This document shows, one piece after another, positions 22,282 through 32,000 of a stretch of DNA of 32,000 nucleotides (position 1 is the first letter of the stretch; each line of letters opens with the position of its first letter). The stretch is from Acholeplasma laidlawii PG-8A (GTDB lineage: Bacteria > Bacillota_I > Bacilli_A > Acholeplasmatales > Acholeplasmataceae), in NCBI RefSeq assembly GCF_000018785.1, contig NC_010163.1, forward strand, positions 60,001 to 92,000. Direction: 5' to 3'. Made by a program: the position numbers and the translations under genes. Under the pieces are notes generated by a model. The model was not told the DNA's origin and made no database searches. It saw nothing but the letters and a program-made list of their open reading frames with translations.

Positions 22282-23697
22282 TTGAAAGAAAATTTTATCA
22301 GAGGAACATACCTCGAAGTAGATTTTGACAAACAAATCATAACACATCAACAAGATGTAGAAACCATCAAAAATATATTGAATGATATCATCAACACCAA
22401 GAATGAAGCATATATTAATAGGTATCATCAGGGATTTTTAGATATTAACGATCCGGATATACTGGATACACTACCTAAGATAGTAGAAATGCTTGAACAA
22501 CAATTTATAGAGTCTATCAAAGTAAACTCTACGCTATCAAGCGTGATATCCAACTTTATTATAAACTTGGAAGTTTTATCCAGTTATCATGAAGATATAA
22601 TAAGTTATATGTGGGAAATACTAGATGAAATGCACACTAGAATGTATTATAGTCTACTAGATAGTCAAACAAAGTTAGTAATTGAAATGAAAAATTTTCA
22701 ACCCAAATACTTATTTGATTTACCAGATAATGTTATAGGCATACTTTATAAAGATAGACCAAGTTCATTAGAAATTGATATTCTGGATTCAAAATGCATC
22801 GCATGTTTGGCATCAAGAGATACCTATAAAATAGGTAGTAGTTATAAATTTAAGAAATATGATTTAGGATTACTACCGGGTTTAGAACTTGAATATACTA
22901 AACTAACTAGAAAAGACAGAGGCAAATTCCAGTTAGGACTAGCCATACATAAGCTGTCGCAAATACATAAAGCCAAGCATGTAGATCCAGATTTTGTTAT
23001 AGTAGAACCAGAAAAAGGATATATTCAAACCTCTGGTGTTGCTTGTCTAGCAAGGAGACAGGTGTTTTATAAGAAATTATTTGAAACCTTTCCAAATAGT
23101 GATATACTCATTACTTTACCAAAGCTAGAATTACTTGATGTATACTTTAGTCAAGGTAATGAAACGAAACTAGATGTAACAACTATCACTAATCATTCAA
23201 ATATTTATGAAATTGAACTAAAATCAGCATTTAAAACACCAAATGATCGTGTATGTATTACAATTCCTGATATTGAAGACGTCAACGAATTCAATCAAAT
23301 AAAGAAATATCTAGAACATTTTAGTATTAAAAAGTTTGGATATAAGTTAAAAATTGGCTTAGAGGTAAATACAGAGTATAGTAGTTTGAATTTATCAGCT
23401 TTCAAAGGTTTTGAGTACGCCATCATAGATTTAGATAAAAGATTTGAATTATTACTACCGGATGAGGTCAATAGTATTAAATATGCTTTACAACATTCGG
23501 ATTTAAGAAATATATTGTATAGAAAATCTAAAAGAACCTATGCGATGGGAAAAGATCTATATAATCCAGACTTTGTACAAAAACTCATATATAGAGGATT
23601 TAGAAAATTTACAATAAAACCCGAACTTTTTCCACTATATAGTGAGATCATTTATCGATATAATCAAGGTGAGAGATTATACGGTAAAACAGTGTGA
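22282..23697 (+). CDS. Divergent, probably non-catalytic PTS enzyme I / PEP-utilising enzyme-like protein (TTG start)
   Basis: Codon at 22282 is TTG with SD gggag 7 nt upstream. Colinear EI-like segments: NDPDILDTLPKIVEMLEQQFIES...YHEDIISYMWEILDEMHTRMYYSLL; NDRVCITIPDIEDVNEFNQIKKYL; LKIGLEVNTEYS...FEYAIIDLDKRF; KRTYAMGKDLYNPDFVQKLIYRGFRKFTIKPE. Confidence 0.5.
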   Translation: MKENFIRGTYLEVDFDKQIITHQQDVETIKNILNDIINTKNEAYINRYHQGFLDINDPDILDTLPKIVEMLEQQFIESIKVNSTLSSVISNFIINLEVLSSYHEDIISYMWEILDEMHTRMYYSLLDSQTKLVIEMKNFQPKYLFDLPDNVIGILYKDRPSSLEIDILDSKCIACLASRDTYKIGSSYKFKKYDLGLLPGLELEYTKLTRKDRGKFQLGLAIHKLSQIHKAKHVDPDFVIVEPEKGYIQTSGVACLARRQVFYKKLFETFPNSDILITLPKLELLDVYFSQGNETKLDVTTITNHSNIYEIELKSAFKTPNDRVCITIPDIEDVNEFNQIKKYLEHFSIKKFGYKLKIGLEVNTEYSSLNLSAFKGFEYAIIDLDKRFELLLPDEVNSIKYALQHSDLRNILYRKSKRTYAMGKDLYNPDFVQKLIYRGFRKFTIKPELFPLYSEIIYRYNQGERLYGKTV

Positions 23698-23744
23698 AAA
23701 TACCACATTTTAAACATAAAGATATACAAAAAGACAAAAAAGGG

Positions 23745-23773
23745 TTGCAATAAAAACTCTTTTTTTATATAAT
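23745..23773 (+). promoter_or_regulatory. Promoter of the S10/spc ribosomal protein operon
   Basis: TTGCAA (23745-23750), 17 nt, TATAAT (23768-23773). Confidence 0.75.
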
Positions 23774-23780
23774 AATAAGG

Positions 23781-23881
23781 CTTGCGTAAATACAAGTAAA
23801 GCGTTGATCTGGAAGGTTGTTGATACACTGATAGCCGTTGTCGAGGTATCGAGTATTTCCAGGGAGTAAAGTCTATGCAAG
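23781..23881 (+). promoter_or_regulatory. Structured 5' leader of the S10 operon
   Basis: Nested helices: CTTGC(23781-85)/GCAAG(23877-81), CTGGAA(23809-14)/TTCCAG(23857-62), GATAC(23822-26)/GTATC(23846-50). Confidence 0.5.
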
Positions 23882-23906
23882 GATTATAGGCGAAAGGAGA
23901 ATAAAA

Positions 23907-24215
23907 ATGGCAAAAGATATTATTAAAATCAGTTTAAAAGCATACGATCACAGATTAATTGATCAGGCTGCTAAGAAGATTATTGAAAGCGTTGAAAAGA
24001 CAGGGGTAGTAGTCCAAGGTCCAATTCCGCTTCCAACTAAAAAAGAAATCTTTACTGTGTTAAGAAGTCCACACGTCAACAAAGACAGTCGTGAACAATT
24101 CGAAAGAAGAACACATAAGAGATTAATTCAAATCTTAGATCCAAATTCAAAAACAATCGATGCTTTAATGAGAATTGATTTACCATCAGGAATTGACATC
24201 GTTCTGAAAAAATAA
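23907..24215 (+). CDS. rpsJ: 30S ribosomal protein S10
   Basis: [54 protein letters not shown]; ATG 23907 with AAAGGAG SD. Confidence 0.97.
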   Translation: MAKDIIKISLKAYDHRLIDQAAKKIIESVEKTGVVVQGPIPLPTKKEIFTVLRSPHVNKDSREQFERRTHKRLIQILDPNSKTIDALMRIDLPSGIDIVLKK

Positions 24216-24260
24216 AACAGATGTTACAAGGCTAAAAAATAAAAAGAAAGAGGAAAGACA

Positions 24261-24899
24261 ATGGCCAAAGGAATCTTAGGTAGAAAAATTGGAATGACAC
24301 AAATTTTCGATGAAAATGGTGTATTAATTCCTGTCACTGTAATTGATGTTGAAGGCAACGTTGTACTACAACAAAAAACTGTTGAAGTAGATGGTTACCA
24401 AGCAACTCAAGTTGGATTTGAATCCAAACGTGAAAAATTAAGTAACAAGCCTGAATTAGGGCACGTGAAAAAAGCAAATACTGCACCTAAGCGCTTCGTT
24501 AAAGAAATTCGATTTGATGCGCTTAATAATGAACTGTTAGCTTTAGAAGTAGGAACGGAAATTAAAGCTGACTTATTCACAGCAGGAGAAGATGTAGACG
24601 TAACAGGTACATCAAAAGGTAAAGGCTTCCAAGGTAACATTAAACGCCACAACCAATCAAGAGGACCTATGACTCACGGTTCTAGATATCATAGAGGCGT
24701 TGGTTCATTAGGAGCTATTAAAGGAAACATGAAGGGTAAAAACTTACCTGGACAAATGGGTAATGAACAAGTAACTGTTCAAAACTTAAAAATTGTTGCG
24801 GTTGATACAGAAAATGATTTACTACTAGTATCTGGTTCAGTACCAGGACCTAGAAAAGGGTATGTCGTTGTAAGAAGCGCAATTAAGAAAGGTAACTAA
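24261..24899 (+). CDS. rplC: 50S ribosomal protein L3
   Basis: [46 protein letters not shown]. Confidence 0.97.
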   Translation: MAKGILGRKIGMTQIFDENGVLIPVTVIDVEGNVVLQQKTVEVDGYQATQVGFESKREKLSNKPELGHVKKANTAPKRFVKEIRFDALNNELLALEVGTEIKADLFTAGEDVDVTGTSKGKGFQGNIKRHNQSRGPMTHGSRYHRGVGSLGAIKGNMKGKNLPGQMGNEQVTVQNLKIVAVDTENDLLLVSGSVPGPRKGYVVVRSAIKKGN

Positions 24900-24910
24900 G
24901 GAGAATAATT

Positions 24911-25534
24911 ATGCCAACATTAAATTTATTCAATCAAGCTGGTGAAAAGATTTCTGAAGTTGCTTTAAATGACGCAATCTTCGGTATCACACCTAACCAA
25001 CAAGTGCTATATGATGTTGTCAATGCTCAACGCGCAGCGTTAAGACAAGGTACAGCAAAAACGAAGACTCGTGCTGAAGTCCGCGGTGGTGGTAAAAAAC
25101 CATGGAGACAAAAAGGTACAGGTCGTGCACGTCAAGGTTCAATCCGCTCACCACAATGGAGAGGCGGCGGGATCGTTTTCGGACCAATCCCAAGAAGTTA
25201 TGCTGTGAAAGTTAACCAAAAAGTTAAGCAATTAGCTTTAAAGAGTGCACTTTCATATCATGTACTAGCAGAAAATTTAGTTTTAGTAGACAACATTACA
25301 GTTGCTGAGCCTAAAACAAAATTATTCATCGAAATTATGAACAACTTAAAACTAGACGATAGATCAATCGTGTTAGTTGACAGTGTTGATAAAAATTTAT
25401 TACTAGCATCAAACAACCTACCAGGAGCAGTTGTTAGAGAAGTATCTCAAGTATCAGTATATGAGTTACTTAAGTTCAAACAAGTGGTCTTGACACAAGG
25501 TGCTGTTAAATACTACGAGGAGGTATTAGTATAA
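24911..25534 (+). CDS. rplD: 50S ribosomal protein L4
   Basis: RGGGKKPWRQKGTGRARQGSIRSPQWRGGGIVFGP. Confidence 0.97.
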   Translation: MPTLNLFNQAGEKISEVALNDAIFGITPNQQVLYDVVNAQRAALRQGTAKTKTRAEVRGGGKKPWRQKGTGRARQGSIRSPQWRGGGIVFGPIPRSYAVKVNQKVKQLALKSALSYHVLAENLVLVDNITVAEPKTKLFIEIMNNLKLDDRSIVLVDSVDKNLLLASNNLPGAVVREVSQVSVYELLKFKQVVLTQGAVKYYEEVLV

Positions 25535-25836
25535 TGGCTAAAGTAGTAGAAGCTAAATATTATGATTTATTACGCGCGCCGATTATTACTGAGCAATCAA
25601 TGAAACTCGTCGAAGATAGTAATAGATACACATTCAAAGTACCTAAAACTGCAAACAAAGTTGAAATCAAAAAAGCAGTTGAAGCAGTCTTTGGAGTTGA
25701 AGTACTAAAAGTTAACACCATTACTGTTTTACCTAAACGTAAAAAAGTTGGTAAGTATGAAGGTTTAAAGCCAGGATACAAAAAAGCGATTGTCCAGCTT
25801 AAAGAAGGACAAAAGATTGCTGCATTCGCAGTTTAA
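25534..25836 (+). CDS. rplW: 50S ribosomal protein L23
   Basis: LLRAPIITEQSMKL, YTFKVPKTANKVEIKKAVEAVFGV. Confidence 0.95.
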   Translation: MAKVVEAKYYDLLRAPIITEQSMKLVEDSNRYTFKVPKTANKVEIKKAVEAVFGVEVLKVNTITVLPKRKKVGKYEGLKPGYKKAIVQLKEGQKIAAFAV

Positions 25837-25867
25837 TCAATAGTGAAAGATATAGGAGAATTAACTT

Positions 25868-26698
25868 ATGGCAGTTAAAATTTATAAAAGAACGACCAAT
25901 GGTCGTCGTAATATGAGTGTTCTTACCTTTGATGAAATTACAACATCTACTCCTGAAAAATCACTTCTTGCGCCAATTACTAAAACTGGTGGTCGTAACA
26001 ACCAGGGTAAATTAACCGTTAGACATATCGGTGGTGGAGCAAAGAGAAAATATCGTATCATTGACTTTAAACGTGATAAAGATAATGTTCCAGGAAAAGT
26101 AACATCAATTGAGTATGATCCAAATAGAACAGCGAATATCGCATTAATTACTTATTTAGATGGTGAAAAAAGATATATCATCGCACCTAAAGGCTTACAA
26201 GTTGGAGCGTTAATCGTTTCAGGTAGCGAAATCGATATTAAAGTTGGTAATGCATTACCAGTTATGAGTATCCCAGTAGGTACAATTGTACACAACATCG
26301 AGTTAAAACCTGGTCGTGGTGGACAAATTGCAAGAAGTGCTGGTACATCCGCACAAATCTTAGGACGTGAAGAAAAATACGTTTTAGTCCGTCTACAATC
26401 TGGTGAAGTACGTCGTATCTTAGGTACATGTAAAGCAACAATCGGTGAAGTTGGTAACGAATCACACGAATTAGTTCGTATCGGTAAAGCTGGTAGAACA
26501 CGTCACCTAGGTGTACGTCCAACAGTACGTGGATCTGTTATGAACCCGAACGATCACCCACACGGTGGTGGTGAAGGTAAACAACCAATCGGTAGAAAAC
26601 AACAAATGACCCCTTGGGGTAAAAAAGCACGTGGTATTAAAACTCGTGATAAGAAAAAAGCGTCTACAAGCATGATCGTAAGACGTAGAAACGGATAA
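25868..26698 (+). CDS. rplB: 50S ribosomal protein L2
   Basis: [70 protein letters not shown]. Confidence 0.98.
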   Translation: MAVKIYKRTTNGRRNMSVLTFDEITTSTPEKSLLAPITKTGGRNNQGKLTVRHIGGGAKRKYRIIDFKRDKDNVPGKVTSIEYDPNRTANIALITYLDGEKRYIIAPKGLQVGALIVSGSEIDIKVGNALPVMSIPVGTIVHNIELKPGRGGQIARSAGTSAQILGREEKYVLVRLQSGEVRRILGTCKATIGEVGNESHELVRIGKAGRTRHLGVRPTVRGSVMNPNDHPHGGGEGKQPIGRKQQMTPWGKKARGIKTRDKKKASTSMIVRRRNG

Positions 26699-26710
26699 GG
26701 AGGGTAACCC

Positions 26711-26989
26711 ATGGCACGTTCACTTAAAAAAGGACCTTTCGCTGATCAATCATTATTAGATAAGGTCGCAAAACAAGCTAAATCAAACGATAAAAAAGTA
26801 ATTCAAACATGGAGTCGTCGTTCAACGATATTCCCAGAATTTATTGGTTTCACGATTGCTGTATACAATGGTCGCGAACACGTACCTGTATACGTTACAG
26901 AAGACATGGTTGGACATAAATTAGGAGAATTTGCTCCTACACGTACATTCCGTGGACACAAAAAAGAAGACAAGAAAGTTAAGAGATAG
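26711..26989 (+). CDS. rpsS: 30S ribosomal protein S19
   Basis: [46 protein letters not shown]. Confidence 0.98.
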   Translation: MARSLKKGPFADQSLLDKVAKQAKSNDKKVIQTWSRRSTIFPEFIGFTIAVYNGREHVPVYVTEDMVGHKLGEFAPTRTFRGHKKEDKKVKR

Positions 26990-27001
26990 GAGAAAGATAA
27001 T

Positions 27002-27337
27002 ATGGAAGCTAAAGCAATTGGAAAAACCATTAGAATCGCTCCTAGGAAAGTACGTCTTGTCGTCGATTTAATTCGTGGTAAGAATGTTAAGGAAGCACAA
27101 GCTATTCTAATGTTTACACCTCGTGGTGCATCACCAGTTATTGCTAAAGTCTTAGACTCAGCAATCGCGAATGCAACACACAACTTAAATTTAAACCCAG
27201 AAAACTTATTTGTTAAAGAAGTATGGGCTAACGAATCAATTACTATGAAAAGAATGTTACCACGCGCTAAAGGTAGTGGGCATTTAATCAGAAAACGTAC
27301 ATCACACATTACAGTGGTTGTCGCAGAAAGGGAGTAA
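27002..27337 (+). CDS. rplV: 50S ribosomal protein L22
   Basis: [43 protein letters not shown]. Confidence 0.97.
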   Translation: MEAKAIGKTIRIAPRKVRLVVDLIRGKNVKEAQAILMFTPRGASPVIAKVLDSAIANATHNLNLNPENLFVKEVWANESITMKRMLPRAKGSGHLIRKRTSHITVVVAERE

Positions 27338-27344
27338 TTAAAGC

Positions 27345-28115
27345 ATGGGACAAAAAACAAATCCAAACGGACTTAGATTAGGTATCATCCGTACTTGGGA
27401 ATCAAAATGGTATGCTGATCAAAAAGATGTACCAGCACTTATTAAAGAAGATGCTTTAATTAGAGAATTCCTAAACGAGAACTTTAGTAAAGCGGGTGTA
27501 TCTCAAATTGAGATTGAACGCGTTAAAGCTAAGTCTAAAGAAAGAGTTACAATTAAACTTTATGTTTCAAAACCTGGTATTGCATTAGGTAAAGAAGCAT
27601 CAGTTAAAAATAAAGCAGTTTCTACTTTAGAATACTTAACTAAAAAAGAAGTTATCTTAAATATTATTGAAGTAAGACGCCCTGAAAAAGTAGCAGTTTT
27701 AGTTGCTCAAAGCATTGCAGAACAATTAGAAAACCGTGCTTCATTCAGACGTGCTCAAAAAATGGCTATTCAACGTGCCCTTAAATCAGGCGCTAAAGGT
27801 ATTAGAACTTTAGTATCTGGTCGTTTAGGTGGAGCAGAAATGGCTAGAAGCGAAGGTTATTCAGAAGGACGTGTGCCTCTACATACATTAAGAGCAGACG
27901 TAGATTATGCTACAGCAGAAGCAAAAACTACTTATGGTATCTTAGGTATTAAAGTATGGATTTATCATGGTGAAGTATTACCAGGACAATCTATTTTAGA
28001 CACAAGAAAACCTTTTGAAGCTGGTAATCAAAAACGTGGTCAAAAACGTCGTCCACGTAATGACCAACCAGGTCAAAGACCTCAACAAAGAAATAGAAAT
28101 AGCAAGGAGGACTAA
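27345..28115 (+). CDS. rpsC: 30S ribosomal protein S3
   Basis: [60 protein letters not shown]-like segment. Confidence 0.98.
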   Translation: MGQKTNPNGLRLGIIRTWESKWYADQKDVPALIKEDALIREFLNENFSKAGVSQIEIERVKAKSKERVTIKLYVSKPGIALGKEASVKNKAVSTLEYLTKKEVILNIIEVRRPEKVAVLVAQSIAEQLENRASFRRAQKMAIQRALKSGAKGIRTLVSGRLGGAEMARSEGYSEGRVPLHTLRADVDYATAEAKTTYGILGIKVWIYHGEVLPGQSILDTRKPFEAGNQKRGQKRRPRNDQPGQRPQQRNRNSKED

Positions 28116-28120
28116 TTACT

Positions 28121-28537
28121 ATGTTAATGCCAAAAAGAACAAAATACCGTCGTCCTCATCGTGTTTCCTATGAAGGAAAAGCGAAAGGTAGAAACGAAAT
28201 TATAAATGGTGATTTTGCATTAGTGGCTAAAGAAGGTGCTTGGATAACAAACCGTCAAATCGAAGCGGCTCGTATCGCGATGACTCGTGAAATGAAACGT
28301 TTAGGTAAAGTATGGATTAATATCTTCCCACACTTAGCTAAAACTAAAAAACCAATGGAAGTACGTATGGGTTCCGGTAAAGGGGCACCAGATTCATGGG
28401 TTGCAGTAGTAAAAGAAGGTAAAATCATGTTTGAAATTAACGGTGTAAGTGAAGCGACTGCTAGAGAAGCTCTTCGTAAAGCAGGTCACAAATTACCTAT
28501 TAAAGTTAAAATTGTCAAGAGAGGTGAAGAAGCGTGA
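28121..28537 (+). CDS. rplP: 50S ribosomal protein L16
   Basis: [43 protein letters not shown]. Confidence 0.98.
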   Translation: MLMPKRTKYRRPHRVSYEGKAKGRNEIINGDFALVAKEGAWITNRQIEAARIAMTREMKRLGKVWINIFPHLAKTKKPMEVRMGSGKGAPDSWVAVVKEGKIMFEINGVSEATAREALRKAGHKLPIKVKIVKRGEEA

Positions 28538-28722
28538 AAGCAGCTGATATCAGAAATTTAGATTCAAATCAAATTCATAACAAAATTGCTGAATTAAAAG
28601 CTGAATTATTCAATTTACGCTTTCAGCACGCTGTTGGTCAATTAGAAAACACAGCAAGATTAAGAACTGTTAAAAAGACTATCGCTCAAATGAAAACAAT
28701 CATTTCTGAGCGTGGCGAGTAA
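28534..28722 (+). CDS. rpmC: 50S ribosomal protein L29
   Basis: [37 protein letters not shown]. Confidence 0.95.
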
Positions 28723-28730
28723 GAGAGGAT

Positions 28731-29000
28731 ATGACAATGGAACAAGTTAAAAATAAAAAACTTTATACTGGAAAAGTTGTATCTGACAAAATGGATAAAA
28801 CCATTACTGTACAAGTGGAAACTCACAGAGTGCACCGTATCTACGGTAAAGCTGTGAAAGTTTCAAAAAAATTCCATGCACATGATGAAAATAATGTTGC
28901 AAAAATGGGCGATACTGTAACAATAGCTGAACATAGACCATTATCTAAAACAAAGAAATTTATTTTAGTAAGCGTCGATAAAACAGCAGAAATTGTTTAA
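28731..29000 (+). CDS. rpsQ: 30S ribosomal protein S17
   Basis: [38 protein letters not shown]. Confidence 0.96.
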
Positions 29001-29018
29001 GAAGGGACGGAAAAATAT

Positions 29019-29387
29019 ATGTTACAACAAGAATCAAGATTATTAGTTGCTGACAATTCCGGAGCACGTGAAGTTCTAGTTATTAGAGTTTTAGGTGGTA
29101 CCCGCCGTCGTTATGCAAACATTGGCGATATCGTTACTGTCACAGTTAAAAAAGCTAGCCCAACTGGCACTGTTAAAAAAGGTGATGTTGTTAAAGCAGT
29201 TGTTGTTAGAACAAAACATGGCATTAGAAGAGCTGATGGTTCAACTATCAAGTTCGATGATAATGCAGCAGTTATTATTAAAGATGATATGAACCCAAGG
29301 GGTACACGTATCTTCGGACCGGTAGCAAGAGAACTTAGAGAGAAGAACTTCATGAAGATCGTCTCACTTGCACCAGAAGTATTGTAA
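29019..29387 (+). CDS. rplN: 50S ribosomal protein L14
   Basis: [37 protein letters not shown]. Confidence 0.98.
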
Positions 29388-29400
29388 GGAGGAAGCCCAT

Positions 29401-29916
29401 ATGAATATTAAAACTGGAGACACAGTTGTAGTTATTGCAGGTGGTGACCAATTTGCAGTAGATAAAAAAGGTGTAAAAACTAGAAAAACTGGTCGCGTAT
29501 TAAAAATTGACCGTGTTAAAAACACAGTTATCGTAGAAGGTGTTAACATTGTTAAAAAACATCAAAGACCTACATCAGCAAATGATAAAGGTGGCATTGT
29601 TGAAATTCCAGCTCCAATCCATGCAAGTAATGTAGCAATCCTTGATCCAAAAACAAACACACCTACACGTATTGGACATCGTATCGAGAATGGTGTTAAA
29701 GTACGTTATGCTAAGAAATCTGGTCAAACTTTAGATAAAGCAGCTAAACCTGCTAAAACTAAAGCTGAAAAGGTAGAAAAGGCAGCTACATCAAGCACAG
29801 ACAAACCAGCTAAAGTTACTAAGGCAGCTAAAGAAGCTAAACCAGTAAAAGCTGTTAAATCACAAAAAGTTGAAAAGAACACAAGCGTACAAAAGAAAGG
29901 AGCTAGTGGTAAATAA
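29401..29916 (+). CDS. rplX: 50S ribosomal protein L24 with long Lys/Ala-rich C-terminal extension
   Basis: [46 protein letters not shown], then about 65 aa of low complexity. ATG 29401 (track start 29368 is too long). Confidence 0.95.
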   Translation: MNIKTGDTVVVIAGGDQFAVDKKGVKTRKTGRVLKIDRVKNTVIVEGVNIVKKHQRPTSANDKGGIVEIPAPIHASNVAILDPKTNTPTRIGHRIENGVKVRYAKKSGQTLDKAAKPAKTKAEKVEKAATSSTDKPAKVTKAAKEAKPVKAVKSQKVEKNTSVQKKGASGK

Positions 29917-30458
29917 TGAGCGCAGCATTTAAAGAATTATACAACACAAAAATTGTTCCTAAACTAGTTTCTGACTTTAATTACGATTCAGTAATGCAAG
30001 TACCGAAATTAGAAAAAATTGTTGTTAACATGGGTGTTGGTGAGGCAGTATCTAATTCTAAATTACTTGATCAAGCAGTTGAAGAGTTAACATTACTAAC
30101 TGGTCAAAAACCTGTTATTACTAAAGCAAAGAAATCAATTTCTAACTTTAAATTACGTGAAGGTCAATCCATTGGTGCTAAAGTAACTTTAAGAGGCGAT
30201 AGAATGTATTACTTCTTAGAAAAGTTAGTATCAGTTGCATTACCACGTGTTAGAGACTTCCGTGGGGTATCCGCAAACGCATTTGACGGTCGTGGAAACT
30301 ACACATTAGGTGTAAAAGAACAAATCATTTTCCCTGAAATAAACATTGATAAAGTAAATAAAGTTCGTGGGATGGACATTATTATTGTAACAACGGCACA
30401 AACCGATGCAGAAGCTAAAAGCTTATTAACTGAATTTGGTTTCCCGTTCAAGAAGTGA
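29916..30458 (+). CDS. rplE: 50S ribosomal protein L5
   Basis: [53 protein letters not shown]. Confidence 0.98.
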   Translation: MSAAFKELYNTKIVPKLVSDFNYDSVMQVPKLEKIVVNMGVGEAVSNSKLLDQAVEELTLLTGQKPVITKAKKSISNFKLREGQSIGAKVTLRGDRMYYFLEKLVSVALPRVRDFRGVSANAFDGRGNYTLGVKEQIIFPEINIDKVNKVRGMDIIIVTTAQTDAEAKSLLTEFGFPFKK

Positions 30459-30468
30459 GGTGTAGATT

Positions 30469-30738
30469 ATGGCAAAGAAATCAAAAATCGCTAAAGATAA
30501 AAAACAGCGCGAAATCGTAGCAATCTACGCTGAAAAACGTAGAGCTTTGAAAGAAGCTGGAGATTACCAAGGTTTATCTAGTCTACCAAAAGATGCATCA
30601 CCGGTAAGATTAAGAAATAGAGATTCATTAGACGGTAGACCAAGAGCATATATGAGAAAATTCGGTGTATCTCGTATAACATTCAGAGAATTAGCACACA
30701 AGGGAGAAATTCCTGGTGTTAAAAAAGCTAGCTGGTAA
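30469..30738 (+). CDS. rpsN: 30S ribosomal protein S14, long zinc-independent (C-) form
   Basis: 89 aa, [43 protein letters not shown], no Cys. Confidence 0.97.
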   Translation: MAKKSKIAKDKKQREIVAIYAEKRRALKEAGDYQGLSSLPKDASPVRLRNRDSLDGRPRAYMRKFGVSRITFRELAHKGEIPGVKKASW

Positions 30739-30750
30739 GGAGGAAGAACA

Positions 30751-31146
30751 ATGGTTATGACTGATCCAATTGCGGACCTATTAACGCGAATCCGTAATGC
30801 GAATAAAGCGCGTCATCCTAAAGTTGATATGCCATCTTCAAAACTTAAGTTAGAAATACTTAAAGTTATGAAGCAAGAAGGATTTATTAAAGACTTTTCA
30901 GTAAACAAGGATAAATTTCCGAAAATTACTGTAACTTTAAAATATTCTGATACAAATGAGCGTGTCATCAAAGGATTAAAAAGGATATCGAAGCCAGGTC
31001 TTCGTGTCTATGCAAGTATAGATAACTTACCACGTGTACTAAATGGTTTAGGTGTGGCATTAGTATCTACATCAAAAGGAATTTTAACAGACCGTGAAGC
31101 TCGTCAACAACAAATTGGTGGCGAAGTTCTAGCGTATGTCTGGTAA
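30751..31146 (+). CDS. rpsH: 30S ribosomal protein S8
   Basis: [42 protein letters not shown]. Confidence 0.97.
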   Translation: MVMTDPIADLLTRIRNANKARHPKVDMPSSKLKLEILKVMKQEGFIKDFSVNKDKFPKITVTLKYSDTNERVIKGLKRISKPGLRVYASIDNLPRVLNGLGVALVSTSKGILTDREARQQQIGGEVLAYVW

Positions 31147-31164
31147 TAAAGGAGGAATACAAAA

Positions 31165-31704
31165 ATGAGTCGTATAGGCAATAAAGTTATTGTTGTTCCT
31201 GCTGGTGTTACCGTTGACATTAAAGAAGGAAACTTCTTAACTGTTAAAGGGCCAAAAGGTCAACTTGAAAAACAATTAAACTCAGATTTAAGCATTACAT
31301 TAGAAGGAAACTTACTAACTGTAAAACGTCCAAACAATGAAATGTTCATGAGAAAAATCCACGGAACAACTCGTGCCCTATTATTTAATATGGTACATGG
31401 TGTATCTGAAGGATTCTCTAAGAAATTAGAAATCAAAGGGGTTGGGTATAGAGCTCAACTTCAAGGTAACACTTTAGTATTACAATTAGGTTTCTCACAC
31501 AATATTGAAATGCCATTACCAGAAGGTATTTCATTAGATGTTCCTAAAAATACTGAAATTACTGTAAATGGTATTGATAAAGCGGTTGTAGGACAATTCG
31601 CTGCAGAAATTAGAAAACACAGAAAACCAGAACCTTACAAAGGCAAAGGTATTCGTTATGTTGACGAATATGTTGCTCGTAAAGCTGGTAAAACTGCGAA
31701 GTAA
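31165..31704 (+). CDS. rplF: 50S ribosomal protein L6
   Basis: [61 protein letters not shown]. Confidence 0.97.
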
Positions 31705-31716
31705 GGAGTATAGACT

Positions 31717-32000
31717 ATGATTAATAAAAAATCATCTAACGAGACGAGACAAAAAAGACATTTAAGAATCAGAAAACATGTCATCGGTACTCCAGATCGT
31801 CCAAGATTAAACGTATTTCGTTCCAATACCGCGATTTATGTTCAAATCATTAATGACGAAACTCATAACACACTAACAAGTGCAAACACAAAAGAACTAA
31901 AAGTGGGTGCTAACATTGAAGGTGCTGCAGCATTAGGTAAAGCTGTTGCTGAGCAAGCTTTAAAGTTAGGTATCACAAAAGTTGTCTTTGACCGCGGTGG
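31717..32000 (+). CDS. rplR: 50S ribosomal protein L18 (3'-truncated by the window edge)
   Basis: Own translation: MINKKSSNETRQKRHLRIRKHVIGTPDRPRLNVFRSNTAIYVQIINDETHNTLTSANT...; follows rplF. Confidence 0.92.
   Translation, partial: MINKKSSNETRQKRHLRIRKHVIGTPDRPRLNVFRSNTAIYVQIINDETHNTLTSANTKELKVGANIEGAAALGKAVAEQALKLGITKVVFDRG

Noticed and set aside
19689-22340. Minus-strand ORFs 19689-19904, 20064-20369, 21656-21907 and 22122-22340
   Set aside because: Overlap supported genes, terminators or AT-rich spacers; no RBS or family signature.
24407-29549. Antisense and alternate-frame ORFs inside ribosomal protein genes (24407-24652 -, 25560-25781 -, 26262-26522 -, 26803-27366 -, 29095-29292 +, 29111-29353 -, 29364-29549 -)
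   Set aside because: Fully explained by the conserved coding strand of the S10/spc operon.

Overview
AT-rich, mollicute/Acholeplasma-like chromosomal window (TGA used as stop, TGG as Trp). Four blocks: (1) an Rnf-like flavin electron-transfer operon (partial RnfD, two FMN-binding RnfG-like proteins, RnfE, RnfA, ApbE lipoprotein, NusG domain II-like protein, Gx/ECF-S-like transporter). (2) Housekeeping genes: rpmE2, tdk, tadA, SRP RNA, tkt, mnmG, rsmG and a DUF951-like small ORF. (3) A complete 16S-23S-5S rRNA operon, preceded by tRNA-Tyr and followed by 11 tRNAs, then YccF-like, 3-hydroxyacid dehydrogenase-like, DegV, MarR and a divergent PTS enzyme I-like protein. (4) The S10/spc ribosomal protein operon from rpsJ to partial rplR with a structured leader. 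No CRISPR array, transposase, prophage or obvious defence system was seen. The most interesting items are the Rnf-like system (RnfA and RnfE homologs with no cysteines, all-Ala variants of the flavinylation motif, tandem RnfG genes, no RnfB next to it), the EI-like protein that seems to have lost its catalytic motifs, and several small protein and RNA oddities. All family calls come from reading motifs; no database search was run.
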